From Malacoraja senta (Eukaryota), in assembly GCA_038087875.1 (NCBI GenBank), contig CM075993.1, positions 6,016,001 through 6,080,000 of the forward strand: a stretch of 64,000 nucleotides of DNA, in the 5' to 3' direction. A program made the translations under genes and the position numbers. Positions within the stretch are counted from its first letter, which is position 1. The number at the start of each line of letters is the position of its first letter. Under the pieces are notes generated by a model. That model had not been told where the DNA came from. It did not search any database and saw nothing but the letters and a program-made list of their open reading frames with translations. This document shows, piece by piece, positions 36,801 through 46,542 of the stretch.

Positions 36801-38992
36801 GAAAGTGCGAGAAGGAAGAGTAGAGCAGGAGGGAGAGGGAGAGGGAGAGGGAGAGGGAGAGGGGGAGAGAGAGAGAGGGAGAGAGAGAGAAAGAGAGAAA
36901 GAGAGAGTGCGAGGAGAGCAAGAGTAAGGAGAGGGAGAGAGGAAGAGGGAGAAAGTAAGGAGAGAGTGACAAAGGAAAGAGAGTGTAAGGAGGGGGCGAG
37001 AGGGGGAAAACAGTCCTTATAATTTTGGTAAGAATTTGTGCACAATTAAAATAACTAATGTGTGTTGAGAATCCAATGTCAACTTCAAACACACCAAGTA
37101 GAGTACAATATTGACAGCATGCAGAGAAGCTCCCTCTAAACTGTCCCAAAATGTTAAGAAAGGTTAGATATTGCATAAAGCTTTCTTTATCCTGTTCTGT
37201 TGAAAAGTGCTAGAAACCATGGGCGAGATGCAGGTAAAGCTACCTCTAGACTCTGCCAAAAATCATACCATATCAACATAGGTGAATGATTTGCATAGAA
37301 ATCAATTTAGAATCAGTAGGCAAAGTGTACGTGATTCACTCTGAAGAGCTGAGCGCAAAGTTTAAATTGACACCCCAGTCCAGGTTTGATTCTGATGTTC
37401 TAGCAGTGGTAGAGGGTTGGGCAGTAACATTTTGCCGCTGGGACTTAAAGGTTAACAGTCTGATGTCTGAAACAAGCCACAATGAACGAATTCCAATTAA
37501 TTTTCTCGCACAAATTACAGGGTTCACTAGGTGAACAGACTTATGTAATTCAATCTCTTCATCTTATTGTATCCTTTGTACAATGGCTCTAGGGCTGATC
37601 CAGTGTACACACTCTGGTTAATAATCCATTTTAATTTCACGTTCCTTTACCTTTGCGCACCGACCGATTCCGTACGTCTTGGAGAAGGGGCCCGAACAAG
37701 GAGTGCAACACGTGCAGAGCCTTTGCCACTGTGCACATCCACCGGTGGTCACCCTCCTGAGGACAAACACAGTGAAACGGACGTTGAATGAAATTGCCCG
37801 CGGGATCGATCATCCTAACATGGACAATCTCATATTTTCTTACAACGCAGGAGGAGTCTATAAAGTCTACGTTGTATCTCAGAGTAATGCTGCTTCCCCA
37901 CTTTTACCCCAATCTCCGTGACATGCCAGTGATCTCCCCCACCCACCAATTCTCCAATCACCTGCCCACTTACTGCGGCCAACTTATCCATCAACTGGCA
38001 CGTCCTTGTGATGTGGGGGGGAAACCTGATCACCCAAGAGAGATTCTCGCAGCCACATGTGAGGGCGTGCAGATACCGCGCAAACTCCGCCCGAAGTCAG
38101 GATCGAACCTGGGTCGCTGAAGCGGTGAGATAGCAGCACTGTCTGCTCTGCCACTGTGTCTCAACTCTGTGTTCACATCTTAATAACACAGAGGCCAATG
38201 GTTATGTATCAATCACCCAGGATAAACACGAGGAAGGAAAATCAGTAGAGGGCACAGTAGAGGGTACAGTGAGATGGAGAGGAATAAAACAATAAATTGC
38301 CGGTTTCATCTCTGATTTACAGCTTTAATGCAATGATAGTGTTATAATAACCCATAACAACAAGGTCAAAACAAAATTGCACTAAGCCCTTTGATTCTCC
38401 TTTAAGATGCTCCTGGAAGCCTACCTTTACATGCAGTCCCTGACAGGCTGCCTCACGTGAAACACCTCAGGCCTGGATAGAGTAGATGTGGAGAGGATGT
38501 TTCCACTAGTGGGAGAGTCTAGGACCAGAGGTCATCCCCTCAGAATAAAAGGACGTTCCTTTAGGAAGGAGAGGAAGAGCAATTTCTTCAGTCAGAGGGT
38601 GGTGAATCTGTGGAATTCATTGCTACAGGCTGTGGAGGTCAGGTCAATTGATATTTTTAAGGCAGAGATAGATACTGTATTAGTACGGGTGTCAGGGGTT
38701 ATGGGGAGAAGGCAGGAGAATGGGGTTAAGAGGAAAAGATAGATCATCCATGTTGATTGGTGGAGTAGACTTGATGGGCCGAATGGCCTAATTCAGCTCC
38801 TATCACATGACATATCCCTGCGGAATAGTTCTATAGTGTGATTTGGAAATCGGTTGCAATGACCTGAAAGGACACAAGCACAAAATACACAGCTCACCAG
38901 AAAATAGTCACGGAAAAACTCGGGCAACTCCATGCTGATCAGGTCATCATCCAGGGGCAGTAGATAAAAGTCCCAGTCATCGATCGTTACAT
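15783..38992 (-). CDS. VPS33B: Vacuolar protein sorting-associated protein 33B (Sec1/Munc18 family), exons 7-23; 5' exons missing at the gap; +1 frameshift in exon 8
   Basis: Seventeen GT-AG exons from [32 protein letters not shown] to [26 protein letters not shown]. They are colinear with vertebrate VPS33B and phase-consistent except exon 8. Confidence 0.96.
17122..17238 (-). CDS. VPS33B: VPS33B exon 22
   Basis: (E)[38 protein letters not shown]+G|gtaac. Confidence 0.95.
18474..18552 (-). CDS. VPS33B: VPS33B exon 21
   Basis: [26 protein letters not shown]+G|gtaagt. Confidence 0.93.
19665..19766 (-). CDS. VPS33B: VPS33B exon 20
   Basis: [34 protein letters not shown]|gtaggt. Confidence 0.96.
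20597..20670 (-). CDS. VPS33B: VPS33B exon 19
   Basis: (G)[24 protein letters not shown]|gtaagg. Confidence 0.95.
21225..21650 (-). mobile_element. RTE-like non-autonomous element fragment
   Basis: Minus strand GTCAGCCTGGGAAGGCAGTCCATCTAGGAGAGGGAAAACTCTGA resembles recalled RTE 5' UTRs; not verified by search. Confidence 0.45.
23305..23437 (-). CDS. VPS33B: VPS33B exon 18
   Basis: [44 protein letters not shown]+G|gtaagg. Confidence 0.95.
25392..25438 (-). CDS. VPS33B: VPS33B exon 17
   Basis: (G)[15 protein letters not shown]|gtaagc. Confidence 0.95.
27012..27066 (-). CDS. VPS33B: VPS33B exon 16
   Basis: [18 protein letters not shown]+G|gtgagt. Confidence 0.95.
28450..28514 (-). CDS. VPS33B: VPS33B exon 15
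   Basis: (A)[21 protein letters not shown]|gtatgt. Confidence 0.95.
29417..29491 (-). CDS. VPS33B: VPS33B exon 14
   Basis: (H)[24 protein letters not shown]+G|gtatga. Confidence 0.95.
29905..30487 (+). mobile_element. CR1 LINE 3' fragment (reverse transcriptase C-terminus and tail)
   Basis: [18 protein letters not shown]...[19 protein letters not shown]...RTRGHSLRI...[14 protein letters not shown], ending in (CTATTGT)n. Related fragments at about 16180-16430(-), 22380-22735(-), 27165-27495, 38470-38810, 49060-49315, 54040-54335. Confidence 0.93.
31471..31561 (-). CDS. VPS33B: VPS33B exon 13
   Basis: [30 protein letters not shown]+C|gtaagt. Confidence 0.95.
31961..32047 (-). CDS. VPS33B: VPS33B exon 12
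   Basis: [29 protein letters not shown]|gtgagt. Confidence 0.96.
33172..33245 (-). CDS. VPS33B: VPS33B exon 11
   Basis: (G)[24 protein letters not shown]|gtgag. Confidence 0.95.
33420..34170 (+). mobile_element. About 750-bp GC-rich interspersed retroposon-like repeat (second copy at about 580-1330)
   Basis: The two copies share GGAGCTGACATCCCCC...GATCGTCCCGTCAACGGA...CATCACAGTGAGGAATGTG...TTGCAAAACATACTTGGC and end in microsatellite tails. Confidence 0.8.
35536..35780 (-). mobile_element. CORE-type tRNA SINE with L2-like tail, inserted in a CR1 3' end
   Basis: Minus strand has box A/B (TGGCGCAATGG...GGTTCGAATCCC), CORE-like GTGTCCTTGGGCAAGACACTT and tail AAGTGCTATATAAATACAAATATTATTATT. 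Confidence 0.75.
36008..36085 (-). CDS. VPS33B: VPS33B exon 10
   Basis: (D)[25 protein letters not shown]+G|gtgagt. Confidence 0.95.
36593..36689 (-). CDS. VPS33B: VPS33B exon 9
   Basis: tag|[32 protein letters not shown]+G|gt. Confidence 0.92.
36815..37005. repeat. Polypurine (GA/GGAGAG) low-complexity tract in VPS33B intron 8
   Basis: Directly visible. Confidence 0.9.
37651..37756 (-). CDS. VPS33B: VPS33B exon 8 (106 nt, one extra base)
   Basis: [23 protein letters not shown][+C][12 protein letters not shown]|gtaaag. Confidence 0.92.
38898..38992 (-). CDS. VPS33B: VPS33B exon 7
   Basis: cag|(D)[31 protein letters not shown]|gtgagc. Confidence 0.95.
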
Positions 38993-39125
38993 CTGCATAA
39001 CGAGGATTAAATGGGTTCAAGGATGGTGAAAAAATATCAACTGTAAATTGTTTCCCACTTTCCCAGTACTGAGCCAGATCTTTTCACGGATTACGCCCTT
39101 GAATGGTTGGCTCTCCACAGCTTGG

Positions 39126-39325
39126 NNNNNNNNNNNNNNNNNNNNNNNNNNNNNNNNNNNNNNNNNNNNNNNNNNNNNNNNNNNNNNNNNNNNNNNNNNN
39201 NNNNNNNNNNNNNNNNNNNNNNNNNNNNNNNNNNNNNNNNNNNNNNNNNNNNNNNNNNNNNNNNNNNNNNNNNNNNNNNNNNNNNNNNNNNNNNNNNNNN
39301 NNNNNNNNNNNNNNNNNNNNNNNNN
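39126..39325. other. Assembly gap (200 N placeholder)
   Basis: Run of 200 N. Confidence 1.
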
Positions 39326-41401
39326 CTGTCAATGAATCTGGAGATGTGTGTTTTCACAATTCTGTACCTTTTGCCTGTTGGGAGGGGAGAAGAGGGAGTG
39401 GCCATATAAGAAGGATATGAACATCAGCAGACAATTGGTTCAGACAGACCCCTCAACAGCTGTTGCCTGGACCTGTGAATGGCATTTTGGCCAGGCCCAG
39501 AAGACTGAGGAGATGGACACATGATTGATTCACCCTCATCCACACCAGGTGCCCAAAGGCAAGGAGAGGCTGAACTGCAAGCACTAGCTGAAAGTCCCCC
39601 TTCAAACATCCAAGGGCTGCAACCCCGCATACAAATAAACATCGTTCAGCATCTCCCCCAGGCCACGGAAATGGTCTGAAGGTCTTGACCCAAAACGTCA
39701 TCTATTCATGTTCTCCAAAGATGCTGCCTGACCTGCTGAGTTACTCCAGCACTTTGTGTCTTATTGTGCATCTGCGGTTCTTCATTTCTATCAGAAATAG
39801 CAGCTGGCCTGCAGAGTCCAAGCCAGTTGATTTGAGAGTGTGTGAAGAGATGGTGCATACAAACGTTTTAACTTAATACTGAAAGAACCACGCCACACCA
39901 TAGAAGGATGGTCAGAATTGGTTTTAATTTCAGTTTATTACGTCCACCCTGAGAACATTCGCAGAAGCATTTCAAAAGCTTTGACCGTAGGCAATCTTGT
40001 TTAACACAAAGTGTTCTCTGAGGCAGGAACTCCCAATGGCTTCAGCACTCAATATCATCCACCCAAGATTTCCACAGCTCATACCCAACGTGTCTGTCGC
40101 TTTACTCCCTCCACATCAGACTCCCACTATCTCAATCAGTGCACGCACTTCCCAGAATAAGGCTGACCCCTTAGTTCAGTCACAGACGTACCACCATGCC
40201 AACCGAGTCCTGTTCCCACCCGTTATCTGTGTCCGGATGTCCATCCACCCAGGTGCAAGTCGTCCTCCATCATGGAGATAGAGATACAGCGCAGAAACAG
40301 CCCTTCAGCCCACAGAGTCCGCACCGACCAGCGATCACCCCGTACACTAGCATTATCCTACGCACTAGGGACAATTTACAACCAAAGCCAATTAAACTAC
40401 AAACCTGTTTAACAAGGAACTGCAGATGCTGGAAAATCGAAGGTAGACAAAAACGCTGGAGAAACTCAGCGGGTGCAGCAGCATCTATGAAGCGAAGGAA
40501 ATAGGCAACGTTTCGGCCTGAAACGTTGCCTATTTCCTTTGCTCCATTGATGCTGCTGTTTCCTCTAGGTGCTCTGGTTTCCTCCCCACATCCCAGCAAC
40601 ATGAGGGTGTACAGGTTAATTGAACCTCTCTGTAAATTGCCCCTAGTGTGTCGGGAGTGGATGAAAGAGTGGGACTTTTTTGAGCATTTTTGTCTAAACT
40701 ACAAACCTGTACGTCTTTGGAATGTGGGAGGAAACCGGAGCACCCGGGGAAAACCCACGCAGTCACGGGGAGAACGTACAAACTCGGTACAGACGGCACC
40801 CGTGGTCAGGATCAAACCCGGGTCTCTGCCGCGTGTAAGGCAGCAACTCTACCGCTGCGCCACCGTGCGGAGTTTCACACAATTCAGAGACTGGCCCGCT
40901 CGGGCGAGGGATCAGAAGCAACCGACAGTCACACGGTGTGGTCTAGTGCTGTGTGATGCCGAGAGGCAGCGCTGCGGTTGTGTATGGCCGTGACTCCATG
41001 GGCAGAGCTACCATCAGATGGTCGTGGGTCCAAGCCTCGCCGTCAGAGGTGAAGCACCTCAGATAAGACAGTAAACAAAGATCTTATAGCCCTTGGCTAG
41101 CACTTGGCTAGATTCTTGAGTAGTACAGGTGTCAGAGGTTATAGGGGAAAAGCAGGAGAACGCGGTTGGGAGGGAGATAGATCAGCCACGATTGAATGGC
41201 AGAGTAGACTTGATGGGCTGAATGGCCTAATTCTACTCCTATTCATTATGACCTTATGACTTTTCAAATGTACAGAAGTTCTCAGTGGCGCTCTGATGAG
41301 ATTTTACCCCCAAAATGTGACCAAAAAAAAGATCACCTCATTACCACACTGGTGCCGTGGGAGCTTGCAGTGTGTAGATTGATGGCTTTTCTCGCTACAG
41401 A

Positions 41402-41620
41402 ACCAAGTCAAGTCAAGTCAAGTCACATTTATTTATATAGCGCATTTAAAAAACAACTCTCGTTGGCCAAAGTGCTTTACATTTGTTATAAGAATAGCAT
41501 AAACAAAACAAACGACATACATATATACATGTAGCCCTCACTCAGAGGACGTCAGGAAAGGCTTGGGAGTATAGATACGTTTTTAGTCTTGACTTAAAAG
41601 AGTCGATGGAGGGGGCAGTT
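41402..41620 (-). mobile_element. L2-like LINE 3' end within the NGRN 3' region
   Basis: Minus strand ...TGTAAAGCACTTTGG...GCGCTATATAAATAAATG(TGACT)n tail. Confidence 0.6.
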
Positions 41621-41739
41621 CCAATTGTACACCAAGTCAAAGTCACTTGACCAGTTGTAAAACGCTCTTGAGATCCCCCCCAGGCAATGAAAGGGGCCAC
41701 ATACACCTGTTTCCCTCTATCACAAACACTAAATGCATG

Positions 41740-42373
41740 TCAGGCTTCCTGTTTGGGATTATTTAAGTGTTTATTAATCCTATAAAGGAAATTGCCATCC
41801 TGGTCATAAAACTCATGGTCTTTCTGGACAACGACAATGTGATTTTCCTGCCCTCTGCCAGCGAGTTCCTCCAATTCCTGGTCCATTTTTCCAGCAGTCG
41901 CAAGCTGCTCATCGCTGGAGGTGTCACAGAGTTCCCTGCCTTTTCCCCTCTCTTTGCCAGTAGCTTCCTTCCTGCTGGTGTTGGCCTTCACAACCCCACC
42001 CTGGTCAGCGAGCTCGATACTGGTTCTCTGCTGGATTGGCTTGGATCTTCCCACCTTCTTCTCCCCGGCTCTGCTCTGAGGGAGAACGGGAAGAGCGTCT
42101 GGCCCCTGAGATAGTCTGGCCAGAGGTGCCTTATCCGCGACCAGTTTGGAGTCGGCCGGGACTGAGTTGTGCGGTAAACCGATGGTCGGTTGTTTCCTTC
42201 GGGGAGAGGGAGTTGGGTTCAGTGCTGCAACCGTCGCATCCTGTTTCATCCTCCTCTCCGGCGAAGGGACAAACCTACTCCGCAGAACTCTCCGGATGAC
42301 GTCCTCGCTCACCGAAAACCCCTCGGCCAGCTGTGACACGCTCCACTCCTCCGGAAACTGTGCCTTCAAAAAC
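41740..42373 (-). CDS. NGRN: NGRN exon 3
   Basis: cag|(R)FLKAQFPEEWSVSQLAEGFSVSEDVIRRVL...GNFLYRINKHLNNPKQEA*. Confidence 0.95.
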
Positions 42374-45300
42374 CTGCAACACACCAAGCAAGCAATAACA
42401 TCAGCTCAAATCCAGCACCAAACACTGGGAGAGAGATTACACCGGCACTTGTTATTTGGTAGGAAGGAAAGTAGCAGGTCTGCCTGAACCTACCTGATCT
42501 CCGAGTTGCTAAACAATTTAATTCTCCTTCCCATTCCCACACTGACCTATCTGTCCTTGGTCGCCTCCATTGTTAGAGTGAGGCTAAACACAAATTGGAG
42601 GAACAGCATCTCATATTTTGCTTGGGCAACTTACAGTCCAGTGGTATGAATTTTGATTTCTCTAACTTCGTAACCCAGGCATTCCCTCTCTCTCTATCCC
42701 CCCCCCCCTCCACACACACAAGTCGCACCAGCTTCTTATTCTCACCCAACAATGGCCTGTTTCCCTTATCATCGTTACTTTTTTGCATATCTTTCATTCA
42801 TTGTTCTTTATCTCTCTACATCATCTTCTATATCTCTCGTTTCCCTTTCCCGTGACTTTCAGTCTAAAGTGGGTCTCGACCCGAAACGTCACCCATTCCT
42901 ACTATCCAGAGATGCTGCCTGTCCCACCGAGTTACTGCAGCATTTTGTGTCTATCTTCGGTCCAAACACCCGTAATCGACCCTGACTCAGGCACTGTCTG
43001 TGTGGAGTCTGCACGTTCGTCCTGTGACCACATGGGTCTCCCCGAGTGCTCTGGTTACCTGCACCTTCTTCCTTCCCCACCCCACCCCACTGACTCCATT
43101 TACATGTTCAAGAAGGAATTGCAGATGCTGGAGAATCGAATGTAAACAAAATTGCTGGAGAAACTCAGCGGGTGCGGCAGCATCTATGGAGCGAAGGAAA
43201 TAGGCAACGTTTCGGGCAGAAACCCTTCTCCAGACTGATGGACTCCATTTACATTTCACGCATGATATGATGCATCCCGAGAGGACCCGAATCCCAATCA
43301 GATGCATTCTGTGTAACGGTTACCTGATTTGCTGCAGGGCCTCTGTAGTTAGAGTTCTCGTAGGAGCTCCGCCACTCTCAAACTCCGCCTGAATTTGCCG
43401 GTATTTTATGGCTTTCCACTTTCTCTTCTCAGCCCTGCAGGTTGAGGGGAGATGCTTAGCATGATCCTTCCAAAAATCCACTTGTCAAAAAACATCTTTT
43501 ACAAATGGTACAAACTAACCATGTGTCATTGCAAACATTGTTTAAACTTTGTTTTTCGTCTGAGTGACGCTTCAGACCAGGCTATTTGGTTTGGTTCATA
43601 GAGTCATAGAGGGATACAGCGTGGAAACAGGCCCTTCGGCCCAACATGTCCCAGCTGCACTAGTCCCACCTACCCGCGTTAGGTCCATATCTCTCCAAAC
43701 CTATGCTATCCGTGTACCGTGTCTAACAGTTTCTTAAATCTTGGGATAGTCCCTGCCGCAACTACCTCCTCTGGCAGCTCATTCCATACACGCACCACCC
43801 TTTGTGTGAGAAAGTTACTCCTCAGATTCCTACTAAATCTTTTCCCCTTCACCTTAAACCTATGTCCTCTCGTCCTCGATTCCCCTACTCTGGGCAAGAG
43901 ACTCTGTGCATCTACCCGATCTATTCCTCTCATGATTTTATACACCTCTATAAGATCACCCCTCATCCTCCTGTGCTCCAAGAAATAGAGTCCCAGCCTA
44001 TTCAACCTCTCCCTATAGCTCACACCCTAAAGTCCTGGCAACATCCTCGTAAATCTTCTCTGTACCTATGTCTGAAGGTTCTTGACCTGAAACGTAACCC
44101 ATTCCTTCTCTCCAGAGATGCTGCCTGACCCGCAGAGTTACTCTGGCTTTTTGTGTCATTAAATATCTGGTTCACTCTTGTCCTGAAAGGTTGGGGGTGG
44201 ATACACAAAAAATGCTGGAGAAACTCAGCGGGCACAGCAGCATCTATGGAGCAAAGGAAATAAGCAACGTTTCGGGCCGAAACCCTTCTTCAGACCCGAA
44301 ACGTTGCCTATTTCCTTCGCTCCATAGATGCTGCTGCACCCGCTGAGTTTCTCCAGCATTTTTGAGTACCTTCGATTTTCCAGCATCTGCAGTTCCTTCT
44401 TTAACACAAGGTTGGGGGGTGGGTGTGTCCCCCAGCTACTCTTCAGAAAACTCTTAATCAATCTGTCCCCATCTGACTCCAGAAGGACACAAAGTGCTGG
44501 AGAAACTCAGCTGGTCAGGCAGCATCTCTGAAGAACACGGGTCAGTGACATTTCAAGAACCCTTCTTCAGACTGAGTTTAGAGGGGAGAGGGTAAGACAG
44601 CTGGAAGAAAGGAGAGGCAGGACAAAGCGTGGCAAGTAATTATTTCTTCAGTTCAGGGACATTTAAGGAAAGCCAATAAATGCGAACAACATCCACATGG
44701 ATTTTTTTTTAAAGCCCCAGATCCCAACAAACTAGAACAGAGAACATTAAATAATTAAACTTATAGCTAGTTTCCTGCAGCATTGACATCAAAACATAAC
44801 TGGAAGCATTTCCCTGTAAGCAAGTGTTGGGAGTTTCAACAGCATCAAAACATTCGGACCAGGCTTAGTTGGTCATCTGGGTCAGCATGGAGGAGACGGG
44901 CCGAAGGGCCTGTTTCAGATCTGTTGGGCACTGAAACATTAGGATTAATAACTTGCCATGGTTTTGGTTAATTACACTGGTTAGTTAGTTGATGCACAAT
45001 TAGTTAGTTACTAAGTGTGGGGGCTGTAGATGCTGGTTTACACCAAAGATCTATAATCTTTGGTTTACCCCAAAGAGGAGCTCCTCTAGTATCATTGCTT
45101 TACACCGCAGAGTAGATAGAAAAAGCTGGAATAGCTCAGCGGGGACAGGCAGCATCTCTGGAGAGAAGGAGTGGGTGAGAAGGAGGAGATGCTGCCTGTC
45201 CCCGCTGAGTAATACTCCGGCATTTTGTGTCTATGGTCGGTTTAAACCAGCATCTGCGGTTCTTTCCTGCACTACACACCTGATTAACTCCTCCAGTTGC

Positions 45301-45595
45301 TGCTGCTCGTCGGGCTCGGCCGCTTTTTCCCCGTCGTTGAACGCCCTGCTCGGCGGGAGCCCCACCGGCCGGGGCCGGGGTCGGGGATGCATTGGGCCTG
45401 GGCCTGGGCCCACAGGCCTCGCCGCGCCGCAGCCCGCAGCCACATCACTGCCGCGGCTCCAGCTCCAGCTCCGGCCTGGGCCTGGGCCTGGGCCTGGGCC
45501 TGGGCCTGGGCCTGGGCCTGGGCCTGGGCCTGGGCCTGGGCCTGGGTCTGGGCCTGGGCCCACAGGCCTCGCCGCGCCACAGCCCGCACCCACAT
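41740..45595 (-). CDS. NGRN: Neugrin (mitochondrial 16S rRNA pseudouridylation module component), 3 coding exons; start codon and exon-1 frame uncertain
   Basis: Exon 1 ends at 45280 (...AEPDEQQQLEELI+AG|gtgtgt); exon 2 is 43324-43434; exon 3 is 41740-42373. Neugrin core GAPTRTLTTEALQQIRFLKAQFPEEWSVSQLAEGFSVSEDVIRRVLRSRFVP and C-terminal EFYDQDGNFLYRI are present. Confidence 0.92.
42500..42960 (+). mobile_element. Penelope-like retroelement 3' fragment (GIY-YIG C-terminal remnant and pseudo-LTR)
   Basis: KLEEQHLIFCLGNLQSSGMNFDFSNF resembles the PLE endonuclease C-terminal E..I..L...P.G.N motif and runs into the abundant GGGTCTCGACCCGAAACGTCACCCATTCC repeat. Sister copies at about 46933-47335(+) and 49960-50340(-). 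Confidence 0.8.
43324..43434 (-). CDS. NGRN: NGRN exon 2
   Basis: cag|(R)AEKRKWKAIKYRQIQAEFESGGAPTRTLTTEALQQI+AG|gtaacc. Confidence 0.94.
43600..44062 (-). mobile_element. CR1 LINE 3' fragment (second subfamily)
   Basis: SYRERLNRLGLYFLEHRRMRGDLIEVYKIMRGIDRVD...RTRGHRFKVKG; plus-strand sister copies at about 61158-61517 and 23598-23905. Confidence 0.9.
45280..45595 (-). CDS. NGRN: NGRN exon 1 (candidate ATGs at 45595 and 45445 with a frameshift, or 45392 in frame)
   Basis: GC-rich exon with donor AG|gtgtgt at 45280. The acidic EPDEQQQLEE segment resembles the neugrin region just before the core. Confidence 0.7.
45475..45558. repeat. (CCTGGG/GGCCTG)14 hexanucleotide array
   Basis: Fourteen units directly visible, one of them a TCTGGG variant. 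Confidence 0.97.
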
Positions 45596-46072
45596 CACTG
45601 CTCCAGCTCCATCTCCATCTCCAGCTCCATCTCCGGCCCCACTGGAGGGAAGCTCAGCACAACAGTCCCCGCCTCTTGCTGCCTGCCTGAGCTTTGTTCA
45701 TGTGCAGGAAGGGAACTGCAGACGCTGCTTTACACCGAAGATAGACACAAAATGCCGGAGTGACTCAGCGGGACAGGCGGCATCAGTTGTTTAAGAAGGA
45801 ACTGCAGATGCTGGAAAACCGAAGGTAGACAAAAATGCTGGAGAAACTCAGCGGGTGAGGCAGCATCTATGGGGCGAAGGAAATAGGCAGCATCAGTATC
45901 TTTGGGCAGCATCAGCATCTCTGGAGAGAAGGAATGGGTGACGTTTCGGGTCGAGACCCTTCTTCAGATCAACGATACTAGACAAGGCTCCTCTAGTATC
46001 TTTGCTTCAGATTAGTCAAATGCAAAGATTATATAATCTTTGGTCAGATGAAAGGAAACGAGAGATCTAGAC

Positions 46073-46542
46073 CAAGTGCCACCAACCTGGGGTAAATTTA
46101 CCCTCAGGGGGGTAAATTTCACCTACCCAGGGGTAAATTTGTTGATTCTGGATTTATACTTTATTTTTTTTCCTCATTGACTGGCTGTGTTTGGTTCTGG
46201 CTTACCGATATCTGTCCATCATTAGTTGTTCATAAATAAGTGAAATAGTGTAGCGCCGCCTGCTAGCGCACGCAGATATCGAACCCGGCGTTCGGAAGCC
46301 GCGGTCTCGTGACTCGGGAGGGGCTGTTGTTTTCGCGCGTTTTTTCCCTTGCGCGCGTTAGTTCAGCGCTGACCACCGATGTGGCCAGACGTGTCTGTTA
46401 AACCTGTATGCTGCAACTTGAACGTCCGAATAAAGTATTGTTGAAAACTCCAGGAGTCGTTTATCAGACCACTAAAATAGCATTGTTATGTGCTATTAAA
46501 GTTGCCAGGGGTAAACGGGACGAAAAAGGTTGGGAACCCCTG
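46073..46542. mobile_element. hAT (Charlie-like) non-autonomous DNA transposon
   Basis: 8-bp TSD ATCTAGAC at 46065-46072 and 46543-46550; imperfect TIRs (CAAGTGCCACCAACC / GGTTGGGAACCCCTG). Confidence 0.82.
46249..46476 (+). mobile_element. Solo LTR (Gypsy-like)
   Basis: Termini TGTAGCG...CCACTAAA (near TGTAG..CTACA), 4-bp TSD ATAG, AATAAA near the 3' end, CpG-rich. Confidence 0.7.

Noticed and set aside
36643..37176. Hydrophobic 177-aa and 119-aa ORFs
   Set aside because: Translation of the polypurine/polypyrimidine tract; only the end overlaps VPS33B exon 9, out of frame.
39048..39420. ORFs spanning the N run
   Set aside because: Artefacts of the assembly gap.
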